From: an uncultured Coriobacteriaceae bacterium
GTDB taxonomy: Bacteria; Actinomycetota; Coriobacteriia; Coriobacteriales; UMGS124
Length of the DNA: 35,233 bases
Reading direction: 5' to 3'
NCBI GenBank assembly: GCA_964390275.1
Contig: CAYMHQ010000005.1
Coordinates: 1 to 35,233 of the forward strand
Part shown: positions 11,459 through 18,841 of the stretch, in pieces
Numbering within the stretch: the stretch's first letter is position 1
Layout of the letters: each line of letters opens with the position of its first letter
Notes under the pieces: generated by a model
Databases searched by the model: none
Told to the model about the DNA's origin: nothing
What the model saw: only the letters and a program-made list of their open reading frames with translations
Program-made: the position numbers and the translations under genes

Positions 11459-12337
11459 CTAGTCGAGCGGGCCGATCGCAAGCGATGTGATGGGATGGAG
11501 CGTGATCGGGCCGATGACGATGTCGACGTCCTCGTCCACGTAGAAGAGAGGCCAGTACCGCCAGACGGCGACGCCCGTGACGTTCTCGGCGCTGACCGGC
11601 CCGAACACGCGCGAGTCGGCGGAGTTCGTGCGGTTGTCGCCCATCGCCCAGAAGTACCCCTCGGGGATCGTGTAGGGGTAGGTGATCTGCGTGCTCACCT
11701 TCTCGCCCGTCTCGTTGAGCGTGGCCTCGCCCGTCTCGGCGTCGACGGAGAGCACGGCGCCCGCGTAGGAGAGGTCGCTCGTCATCGGATTGGTGGGCTT
11801 GCCGTGGACGTACTCCTCGTCGAGGGGCTCGCCGTCGATGTAGACCACGCCGTCGCGCAGGTCGATCGTCTGGCCCTCGACCGCGATGACGCGCTTGATG
11901 AGCGTCTCGGAGGTATCGCGCGGGTTCGTGAACGTCACGACGTCGCCCACGTTGGGCATCTTGTCGAACGCGACGGTGACCTTCTCGGAGAAGATGCGGT
12001 CGCCGATCTGGATGGTGGGGAGCATCGAGCCGGAGGGGATCTCGAACGGCTCGATGACGAAGGTGCGCAGCCCCATGATCGCGACGATCATGATGGCGAA
12101 GGCGACCACGAACTCGACGACGCCGCGCCACCAGGGCTCCTTCGCCGGCGCGGGCGCCTCGGCCGCGACCGCGGCCTGGACGGCGACGGCCTCCGCGGCC
12201 TCAGCCCGCGCGACGTCCGCCTGGACGGCGGCCGACGGCTCCTCGGACTGCCCCGTCGAGACGGCGGCGTCGGGACCGGTCAGGGGCGCCTCGTCCCCCG
12301 AGGGGCACTCGGGATCTCTCATACCCTCGTCAGACAA
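11459..12337 (-). CDS. lepB: Signal peptidase I
   Basis: SGSMLPTIQIGDRIF (catalytic Ser box), LIKRVIAVEGQTI (Lys box) and GYFWAMGDNRTNSADSR. One N-terminal TM helix. TTG start at 12337 is preceded by GAGGAGG; an internal ATG (M6) is a possible alternative. Confidence 0.92.
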   Translation of the reverse strand: MSDEGMRDPECPSGDEAPLTGPDAAVSTGQSEEPSAAVQADVARAEAAEAVAVQAAVAAEAPAPAKEPWWRGVVEFVVAFAIMIVAIMGLRTFVIEPFEIPSGSMLPTIQIGDRIFSEKVTVAFDKMPNVGDVVTFTNPRDTSETLIKRVIAVEGQTIDLRDGVVYIDGEPLDEEYVHGKPTNPMTSDLSYAGAVLSVDAETGEATLNETGEKVSTQITYPYTIPEGYFWAMGDNRTNSADSRVFGPVSAENVTGVAVWRYWPLFYVDEDVDIVIGPITLHPITSLAIGPLD

Positions 12338-12354
12338 CGTTCCTCCTCATGAAG

Positions 12355-12384
12355 CACAAAAACGGCCCGCGCGCCACGCGGGCC
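12355..12384 (-). terminator. Rho-independent terminator after trmD
   Basis: Stem GGCCCGCG (12364-12371) pairs with CGCGGGCC (12377-12384). On the minus strand it is followed by GTTTTTGTG. Confidence 0.65.
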
Positions 12385-12463
12385 GCAACCGTAAGCGCAA
12401 CCGCAGTATCTTAATACCCCGGGTACGCCGAATCGCCCGGCAAACCCCGAGGGCACGCATACC

Positions 12464-13246
12464 CTACCGAAGTTCCGGAAACAGCTCCGCCGCGGCCTCG
12501 TCGCAGGGGCGGCCGTCGGAGAGCATGCGAATCAGCTCGCGCGCGCGGCGGCGGTCGGCCTCCGAGATCGCGGCGTCCTCGATAAGGTCGGGGCGGCGCT
12601 GACAGGTGCGCACGAGGGCGTTCGCGCGACGCCAGCGGTCGACGCGCGCGTGGTCGCCGCTCAGCAGGACCTCGGGGACCGCCATGCCGCAGGCGACCGG
12701 CGGGCGCGTGTACTGCTCGTACTCGAGGAGGCCGTCGCTGAAGGACTCGTCGCAGGCGCTCAGCTCGTCGCCGAGGGCGCCCGGCAGGAGCCTGACCACG
12801 GCGTCCGCGACGACCATCGCGGCGAGCTCCCCGCCGGTGAGCACGTAGTCGCCGAGCGAGAGACAGCGGTCGGCGCGGCTGTAGACGCGCTCGTCCATCC
12901 CCTCGTAGTGCCCGCACACGAACACGATCCTCCGCTCGCGCGAGAGCTCGCGCGCGACGGACTGGTCGAACCGCTCGCCCGTGGGCGTGAAGAAGACGAC
13001 GCACGCGGGGTCCTCGGGCGGGCAGAGCTCGTCGAGGGCCTCGAAGAAGGGCGTGCACTTCATGAGCATGCCCTGACCGCCGCCGTACGGAGCGTCGTCG
13101 ACGGTGCGGTGCCGGTCGTGGGTCCAGTCGCGCAGGTCGTGGGCCGCGAACTCGAAGATTCCCGCCCGGCGCGCCCTGCCCATGATGGAGGTCGACATGA
13201 CGGGCTCGAACATCTCGGGGAAAACGCTCAGCGTCTCGATTCTCAC
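12464..13246 (-). CDS. trmD: tRNA (guanine37-N1)-methyltransferase
   Basis: IETLSVFPEMFEPV...DLRDWTHDRHRTVDDAPYGGGQGMLMK...YEGMDERV...SLGDYVLTGGELAAMVV are TrmD motifs. GTG start at 13246 is preceded by a GAGG SD. Confidence 0.95.
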   Translation of the reverse strand: MRIETLSVFPEMFEPVMSTSIMGRARRAGIFEFAAHDLRDWTHDRHRTVDDAPYGGGQGMLMKCTPFFEALDELCPPEDPACVVFFTPTGERFDQSVARELSRERRIVFVCGHYEGMDERVYSRADRCLSLGDYVLTGGELAAMVVADAVVRLLPGALGDELSACDESFSDGLLEYEQYTRPPVACGMAVPEVLLSGDHARVDRWRRANALVRTCQRRPDLIEDAAISEADRRRARELIRMLSDGRPCDEAAAELFPELR

Positions 13247-13276
13247 CGGCAGCCTCGATTGATGTAGATGGATTGC

Positions 13277-13801
13277 CTAGATCAGGCCGGGCAGCACCCT
13301 GACCGTCACGTCGGGGTCGTCCTCGCCGGGCAGGGACACCACCACGTCGTCGATGACGGGCAGGAGCACCTCGCCGAACGGGCCGCCCTCGAGGCGCCAC
13401 ACGTCGTTCGCCGGAAGCTCGATGTACTCGGCGACCGTGCCGATGTAGCCGCGCTCGACGTCGACGACACGGCAGCCGACGCAGTCCATGAGCGCCTGCT
13501 GCTCGCACGCCTCGGGGACGTCCTCGCGCGAGGCGAGCACGAGCCGGCCCACGAGCTTCTCCGCCTCGCCGATCCCGTCGACGCCCTCGAACGTCACAAG
13601 CGGCCGGTCCTGGTCGCCCACGCGGGCGACCGTGAAGAAGCGCTCGCCGCGCAGCGGGGGCGGGGTGAGGCACACGCGCATTCCCGGATAGAGACAGAAA
13701 GGGAGGCCGTCAATCGCATCGATGACGACCTCTCCCTTTTTGCCATGTGTCCGAGCGACGCGCGCGACGTTGATATAGGGCGTCACGCACTGCTGAACCA
13801 T
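13277..13801 (-). CDS. rimM: 16S rRNA processing protein RimM
   Basis: INVARVARTHGKKGEVV... followed by a PRC-barrel-like C-terminus. Sits in the canonical position between the KH protein and trmD. Confidence 0.88.
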   Translation of the reverse strand: MVQQCVTPYINVARVARTHGKKGEVVIDAIDGLPFCLYPGMRVCLTPPPLRGERFFTVARVGDQDRPLVTFEGVDGIGEAEKLVGRLVLASREDVPEACEQQALMDCVGCRVVDVERGYIGTVAEYIELPANDVWRLEGGPFGEVLLPVIDDVVVSLPGEDDPDVTVRVLPGLI

Positions 13802-13805
13802 ATCG

Positions 13806-14093
13806 CTATCCTATAACCTCGACGTCGGCCGACAGGTTGTCGCGGGCCGCGCAGGCGCGGGCGAGCGTGCGAATCGACTTGATCACGCGACCGTGGCGAC
13901 CGATGATCTTGCCCACGTCCTCGGGGTCGACGTGCACTTCGATGAGCGAGGAGTCATCGCCGTCGGTGACGTCGATGGCAATCGCGTCGGGCTTGTCGGC
14001 GAGCGACACAACGAGGTACTCGACGAGGTCGGCGACGTTATCGCTCGGAAGCGATTCCTCGAACCCTTCCGCGGGCGCTGCCTCGTCTGCCAT
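13806..14093 (-). CDS. KH domain-containing RNA-binding protein (YlqC/UPF0109 type)
   Basis: LVEYLVVSLADKPDAIAIDV...IEVHVDPEDVGKIIGRHGRVIKSIRTLARA, including the GxxG KH motif. The start overlaps the rpsP stop (TAATG). Confidence 0.9.
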   Translation of the reverse strand: MADEAAPAEGFEESLPSDNVADLVEYLVVSLADKPDAIAIDVTDGDDSSLIEVHVDPEDVGKIIGRHGRVIKSIRTLARACAARDNLSADVEVIG

Positions 14094-14356
14094 TACTGGG
14101 CGGCTTCAGCCGAGTTCGCGTCCCTGACCTGCTTGATGAGGCGGGCGACGGTGTCGGTGGGCTGGGCACCCTTCGCGAGCCACGCGTCAACCTTCTCCAT
14201 GTCGAGGGAGACAAAGCTCGGCTCGACCATGGGGTTGTAGCGGCCGACCTCGTCGATGTTGCGACCGTCGCGAGGCGAGCGGGCGTCAGCGACGACAACG
14301 CGGTAGTACGGGTTCTTTTTCGCGCCATGACGGGCGAGACGAATCTTGACAGCCAA
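14093..14356 (-). CDS. rpsP: 30S ribosomal protein S16
   Basis: (M)[41 protein letters not shown] is canonical S16. TTG start at 14356 has GAGGAG 7 nt upstream. Confidence 0.95.
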   Translation of the reverse strand: MAVKIRLARHGAKKNPYYRVVVADARSPRDGRNIDEVGRYNPMVEPSFVSLDMEKVDAWLAKGAQPTDTVARLIKQVRDANSAEAAQ

Positions 14357-14414
14357 TGAAAGCTCCTCAGTACCAGCGGCCGGAAGGCCACATATCCATA
14401 GTTAGCAAGTTGGC

Positions 14415-14443
14415 ATTCTACGACTTTTTCAAGGGAGGGGGAA
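14415..14443 (-). promoter_or_regulatory. Possible rpsP operon promoter (weak call)
   Basis: On the minus strand, TAGAAT (14420..14415) lies 17 nt downstream of a poor -35 TTCCCC (14443..14438). This would give a ~50-nt 5' UTR. Confidence 0.3.
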
Positions 14444-14786
14444 GACTTTTTTTCTCCCTGCACCCTATCCACAACCATAGGCGGGACAGGCGGCCTCTCC
14501 ACACAATATATATGCATAGGGTGCGCTCCGGGAGGGAGCGTCGTGAAAAACAGCCAGGGACGGGCGCCGGGCAGCCGAGAAAAAAGGGCGCCGCCACAGC
14601 TTTGCCACACTTCGGAGCCTTTTCGCACCCCTTCAGTGTCGGTTCAGTATAAACGCATACCATGCATCCTGAAAGACGCCCATCGACCGCCGCCCTCTGG
14701 CGATTCGGCTCGATGGGGCGAACGGACCGCCGGCCAGCGGGAGCGGGACGCGCGGCTCCACGCGACGCACACACAGGAGGGACCCT

Positions 14787-15485
14787 ATGAACATCCTCGT
14801 CGTCGAAGACGAAACGAACCTGGCGGACGCGCTCGCCCGCCTCATGGAAGACTGCCACTGGAACGTCGACGTCGTGGGGAACGGGAAGGACGGCCTCGCC
14901 TACGCGAAGAGCGGGATGTACGCCGCCGTGGTGCTCGACGTCATGCTCCCCCAGCTCGACGGCTTCGAGGTGTGCCGCAAGCTCCGCGAGGCCGGCGTGT
15001 CGACCCCGGTCCTCATGCTCACCGCGCGCGGAGAGACGCAGTGCAAGGTCGAGGGCCTCGACGCGGGCGCCGACGACTACCTGACGAAGCCGTTCAACTC
15101 CGACGAGCTCCTCGCACGCCTGCGCGCCCTCACGAGGAGGACCGGCGAGGTGGTGATGGACACGCTCACGTTCGGCGACCTGACGCTCAACCTCGTCGAC
15201 ATGACGCTGACCTGCGGTAAGAACAGCGTGCGCCTCTCCCAGCGCGAGAGCGCCGTCCTCGAGCTTCTCATGCGCTCGCCCCAGACCGTCTACAGCAAGC
15301 AGACCCTCCTGACGCGCGTCTGGGGCACCTCGGGCGAGTCGGGGCCCAACAACGTCGAGGCGTACATCTCGTTTTTGCGCAAAAAGCTTGCATTCCTGAA
15401 GTCTCGTGTCAGCATTAGCACCATCAGGATGCTCGGCTACCGGCTCGACGACCCCGAAGAGAGCCAAGCCGCGGGACGTGCGTAA
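14787..15485 (+). CDS. OmpR/PhoB-family two-component response regulator
   Basis: Receiver domain: MNILVVEDE...VVLDVMLPQLDG...LMLTARG...GADDYLTKPF. Winged-helix output domain: ...LSQRESAVLELLM...VWG...NNVEAYISFLRKKL...GYRL. AGGAGG SD upstream. Confidence 0.93.
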   Translation: MNILVVEDETNLADALARLMEDCHWNVDVVGNGKDGLAYAKSGMYAAVVLDVMLPQLDGFEVCRKLREAGVSTPVLMLTARGETQCKVEGLDAGADDYLTKPFNSDELLARLRALTRRTGEVVMDTLTFGDLTLNLVDMTLTCGKNSVRLSQRESAVLELLMRSPQTVYSKQTLLTRVWGTSGESGPNNVEAYISFLRKKLAFLKSRVSISTIRMLGYRLDDPEESQAAGRA

Positions 15486-15558
15486 CATGCCCGGCGCGCG
15501 ACTGGCAAAGCCCCGGAGGCGGGACGGGGACGGCGGGCCCCGCAGGAAGGGGCAAAGC

Positions 15559-16806
15559 ATGCTCAAGCGCCTCAGGATGCGCATCGTCGCCACGCTCGTG
15601 GCCGTGAGCGCCCTCGTGCTCACCATAGCGTTCGCCGCCATCATGGCGATCACCTACACGAGCAGCTCGGCGGCCGTGCTGCGCGAGATCGAGGGCGCCG
15701 TGGAGCGCGGGCCGCAGAGCGAGATCGAGTTCGTCATCGGCATGCAGGGCACGCCGGGGTCCTCGGCGAGCTCGTCGAACGCCTACATGCCCGTGGCGCT
15801 CGCGGCGGTCTCGGACGACGGCGAGGTCGTCGCGCACAACCGCGAGTACGCCTACATGGACGACGAGTACCGCGCCACGGCGCTTCAGGTCGCGATCGAC
15901 AGCGAGGCGTCGAGCGGCCTCATTGTGGACGCCCGGGTCTTCTACCTGCGGTGCGACATCGACGGCGGCTACCTTGTTGCGTTCGCCGACGCAAGCTCAG
16001 TCATCGTCACCATGGACAGCGCGATGAAGGGCACGGCGGTCGTCTTCCTCCTCGTGCTCGCGGCGCTCACCTGCATCAGCGTGGCCCTCACGTACGCGAT
16101 CACCAAGCCGGTCCAGAAGGCGTGGGACAGCCAGGCGATGTTCATCGCCGACGCGTCGCATGAGCTCAAGACGCCCCTCACCGTGATTCTGGCAAACACG
16201 GACATCCTGAAGCGCCGGCCAGAGACCCTCGACGAGGACCAGCTCAAATGGGTCGACGGAATCAGGAGCGAGTCCCAGCGGATGAAGAAGCTCGTGGAGG
16301 ACATGCTCTTCCTCGCCCGCAACGAGATCCCGGCGCGCGGGACGGAGACCGCGAAGGAGACGATCGACCTCTCGAACCTCGTGAGCGAGTCGTCTTTGGC
16401 GTTCGACGCCGTCGCATTCGAGGCGGGCGTCGACCTGGTCACCGACGTCAGGGAGGGCGCCGTCGTGAAGGGCGACCGCGTACAGATCGAGCGCCTGGTC
16501 AAGTCGCTGCTCGACAACGCCGTGAAGTACGCCGGCGCCGAGGGCAGGGTGACCGTGCGGCTCGACGCGAAGCGCAAGGACCACGCGGTCCTCACGGTGA
16601 ACAACACGGGCGACCCCATCCCCGCCGACGAGCTCCCGCACGTGTTCGACCGCTTCTGGAGAAGCGAGCGGGCCCGCAGCTCGTCGCAGGGGGGCAGCTT
16701 CGGCCTGGGGCTCTCCATCGCGAAGAGCATCGCCGAGGGCCAGGGCGCCACGATCTCGGTCGCGAGCGACCGAGAGAAGGGCACGACGTTCACCGTGGCG
16801 TTCTAG
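15559..16806 (+). CDS. Sensor histidine kinase (HisKA + HATPase_c) with two TM helices flanking a ~120-aa extracytoplasmic loop
   Basis: H-box FIADASHELKTPLTVI, N-box LLDNAVKYA and G2 box GGSFGLGLSIAKSI. Start placed at ATG 15559 (MLKRLRMRIV...), preceded by GGAAGGGG. ATG 15487 is an alternative start. Confidence 0.9.
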   Translation: MLKRLRMRIVATLVAVSALVLTIAFAAIMAITYTSSSAAVLREIEGAVERGPQSEIEFVIGMQGTPGSSASSSNAYMPVALAAVSDDGEVVAHNREYAYMDDEYRATALQVAIDSEASSGLIVDARVFYLRCDIDGGYLVAFADASSVIVTMDSAMKGTAVVFLLVLAALTCISVALTYAITKPVQKAWDSQAMFIADASHELKTPLTVILANTDILKRRPETLDEDQLKWVDGIRSESQRMKKLVEDMLFLARNEIPARGTETAKETIDLSNLVSESSLAFDAVAFEAGVDLVTDVREGAVVKGDRVQIERLVKSLLDNAVKYAGAEGRVTVRLDAKRKDHAVLTVNNTGDPIPADELPHVFDRFWRSERARSSSQGGSFGLGLSIAKSIAEGQGATISVASDREKGTTFTVAF

Positions 16807-16884
16807 GGAGACAACCGCACAGGCTCGGCGCGACCGCGCATCGGACCGGGAGGCCCTCGTCGAACACGGCGGGGGCCTCCGCGC

Positions 16885-16890
16885 TATACT
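16885..16890 (+). promoter_or_regulatory. Candidate -10 element (TATACT) for a leaderless dinB transcript
   Basis: TATACT ends 6 nt before the dinB ATG at 16897. There is no purine-rich SD between them. Confidence 0.3.
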
Positions 16891-16896
16891 GACCGC

Positions 16897-18174
16897 ATGG
16901 ATGACATTCGCAACATACCGGAGGGAGCGCGTCTCGACGCGGGGGCGTGGGAGGGCAGGGCGGTTGGCCTGCTCGACCTCGACGCGTTCTTCGCCTCCGT
17001 CGAGCAGCTCGACCACCCCGAGTGGCGTGGGAAGCCCGTCATCGTGGGCGGTGACGCGGAGAAACGAGGGGTGGTCTCGACCGCCTCGTACGAGGCGCGC
17101 GCCTACGGGGTGCACTCCGCGATGCCCTCGGCGCAGGCGAAGAGGCTCTGCCCCGACGCGATCTGGACGCACGGCCGCATGGAACGCTACCGCGAGGTCT
17201 CCGACCAGGTGATGGCATGCCTCGAGGCCGAGACGCCCTATGTGGAGCAGGTCTCGGTGGACGAGGCGTTCTTCGACGTCACGCCGGGGCGCTTCTCGAA
17301 CGACGACCCCGTCGAGGTCTGCCGGCGCATATCCGCGCGCGTGGCCGAGCTGGGCGTCACCTGCTCGATCGGCGTCTCGACCGGCAAGACGGTGAGCAAG
17401 ATCGCGAGCGAGCGCAACAAGCCGAACGGGATAACGGTGGTCTTCCCGGGCACCGAGCGCGGCTTTCTCGCCCCGTTCCCCGTCGACGTCATGAGCGGGA
17501 TAGGGCCCAGAACGAGGGAGACGCTCGGCCGCCTCGGGATCAGGACGCTCGGCGACCTCGCGAAGGCGAGCCCCAGCCTGCTCCTCGACCGACTCGGCGT
17601 GGCGGGGCCGCGCATCATCGAGCGGGCCGCGGGGATCGACCCCTCCCCCGTCGCCCGCCGGAGCGACCCCGTGGAGGTGAAGTCCGTCTCGAGCGAGCGC
17701 ACCTTCGCGCGCGACCTCACCGCCCGCGACGAGGTCGAGTCGGCGCTCGCCTACGTCGCGGGGCTCACCGCGCGGCGCCTGCGCGCCAAGGGCCTCAGGG
17801 GCAGGACGGTCACCCTCAAGTGCGTGTACGCCTACGGGGACGAGCGCACCGTGCGCACGACGCTCGACGACCGCACCGACGACGAGAGGACGCTGGCGAG
17901 GGTGTCGCTCGGGATGCTGAACGACGTCTGGGGCGAGGGCACGCACGTGAGGCTGCTCGGCGTGGGCGTGTCGAACTGGGACGAGCGGCCCGTCCAGCTC
18001 GGCCTGTTCGACGAGGAGGACGTGCAGGGCGGCGGCGACGCACGTGCCTCGGAGGCGCTCGGGAGAACGACCGACCTGCTGCGCAGGCGCTTCGGGGACG
18101 CGGCGGCCATGTTCGGCAGCGAGCTCAGGTTCAGGGAGTCGGTGAGCCAGACGCCGCCCGACCGCAACGCGTAA
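16897..18174 (+). CDS. dinB: DNA polymerase IV (Y-family)
   Basis: LLDLDAFFASVEQLDHPEWRGKPVIVGG...RGVVSTASYEARAYGVHSAMP...VEQVSVDEAFFDVT...SIGVSTGKTVSKIAS. Beta-clamp motif QLGLF at 17995-18009. Confidence 0.95.
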   Translation: MDDIRNIPEGARLDAGAWEGRAVGLLDLDAFFASVEQLDHPEWRGKPVIVGGDAEKRGVVSTASYEARAYGVHSAMPSAQAKRLCPDAIWTHGRMERYREVSDQVMACLEAETPYVEQVSVDEAFFDVTPGRFSNDDPVEVCRRISARVAELGVTCSIGVSTGKTVSKIASERNKPNGITVVFPGTERGFLAPFPVDVMSGIGPRTRETLGRLGIRTLGDLAKASPSLLLDRLGVAGPRIIERAAGIDPSPVARRSDPVEVKSVSSERTFARDLTARDEVESALAYVAGLTARRLRAKGLRGRTVTLKCVYAYGDERTVRTTLDDRTDDERTLARVSLGMLNDVWGEGTHVRLLGVGVSNWDERPVQLGLFDEEDVQGGGDARASEALGRTTDLLRRRFGDAAAMFGSELRFRESVSQTPPDRNA

Positions 18175-18223
18175 GGGCACGACGGGCGCGGAGAAAGCGT
18201 GAGGCGACAGAGGCGGCCGTCTC

Positions 18224-18270
18224 GAAACGAAAAAGGGCGGGCCTTCCCCGTGTGGGAGAAGGTCCGCCCT
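18224..18270 (-). terminator. Rho-independent terminator after rsfS, between the convergent dinB and rsfS
   Basis: 13-bp stem: AGGGCGGGCCTTC (18234-18246) pairs with GAAGGTCCGCCCT (18258-18270) with one G-U pair. On the minus strand it is followed by TTTTCGTTTC. Confidence 0.7.
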
Positions 18271-18320
18271 TCTGCATGCCAGACGTGTGTGCGGCAATGC
18301 GTGCGACGCCGGGACGCCCG

Positions 18321-18725
18321 CTATTCCTGGGAGGAGTCGGGTTCGCGGTCGGAACCGAGCGGCTCGACCTCAACCGCGGCGCCGTCGAGGTAGTCGAGGC
18401 GGGGAGCGTCGCCCCACAGACGCTCGAGGCGGTAGAAGTCCCTCGCGGCGGGCTGGAAGACGTGCACGAGCACCGAGCCGAAGTCCATGAGGTCCCACGT
18501 GTTGTCCTCGCGGCCCTCGATTGCGAACGCGGTCACACCGAGCGGCCTCAGGCGGTTCTCGATCTCGTCGACGATGGCGTCGACCATGCGGTTGTTGTCG
18601 CCGGTCGCGATCACGAAGAAGTCGGAGATATCGGCGATGTTGCGCAGGTCGAGGACGACGATGTCATGGCCCATGCGGTCGTCGGCGATGCGGGCGATTT
18701 CAAGGGCGAGTTCTTTTGAATCCAC
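18321..18725 (-). CDS. rsfS: Ribosome silencing factor RsfS (Iojap family)
   Basis: LALEIARIADDRMGHDIVVLDLRNIADISDFFVIATGDNNRMVDAIVDEI...WDLMDFGSVLVHVFQPAARDFYRLERLWGDAP. GTG start has AAGGAG 8 nt upstream. Confidence 0.93.
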   Translation of the reverse strand: MDSKELALEIARIADDRMGHDIVVLDLRNIADISDFFVIATGDNNRMVDAIVDEIENRLRPLGVTAFAIEGREDNTWDLMDFGSVLVHVFQPAARDFYRLERLWGDAPRLDYLDGAAVEVEPLGSDREPDSSQE

Positions 18726-18841
18726 AGTACAGTCTCCTTATGTGCGGGCATGCGGGCGACTCTCGCACCCGCCGTCAGCGTTGAATCCGATCCGCGCAGG
18801 GCGCGGCGGCATCGGCTAATGATATCAGGACCGGCGCGGCG

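Noticed and set aside
14356-14652. 98-aa plus-strand ORF in the rpsP/response-regulator intergenic region
   Set aside because: Its ATG is the reverse-strand overlap of the rpsP start region. It has no SD, low GC3 compared with real genes here, and no recognisable motif.
16860-16865. TCGAAC half-site upstream of dinB, as a possible LexA (SOS/Cheo) box
   Set aside because: Only one half of the TCGAAC-N4-GTTCGA palindrome is present; the partner position reads CGGGG. A single 6-mer is not evidence for LexA control.
15997-18297. 766-aa minus-strand ORF spanning the histidine kinase 3' end and all of dinB
   Set aside because: It is antisense to two well-supported genes. Its composition is Arg/Pro/Ala/Gly-rich with no motifs, which makes it a high-GC artefact.
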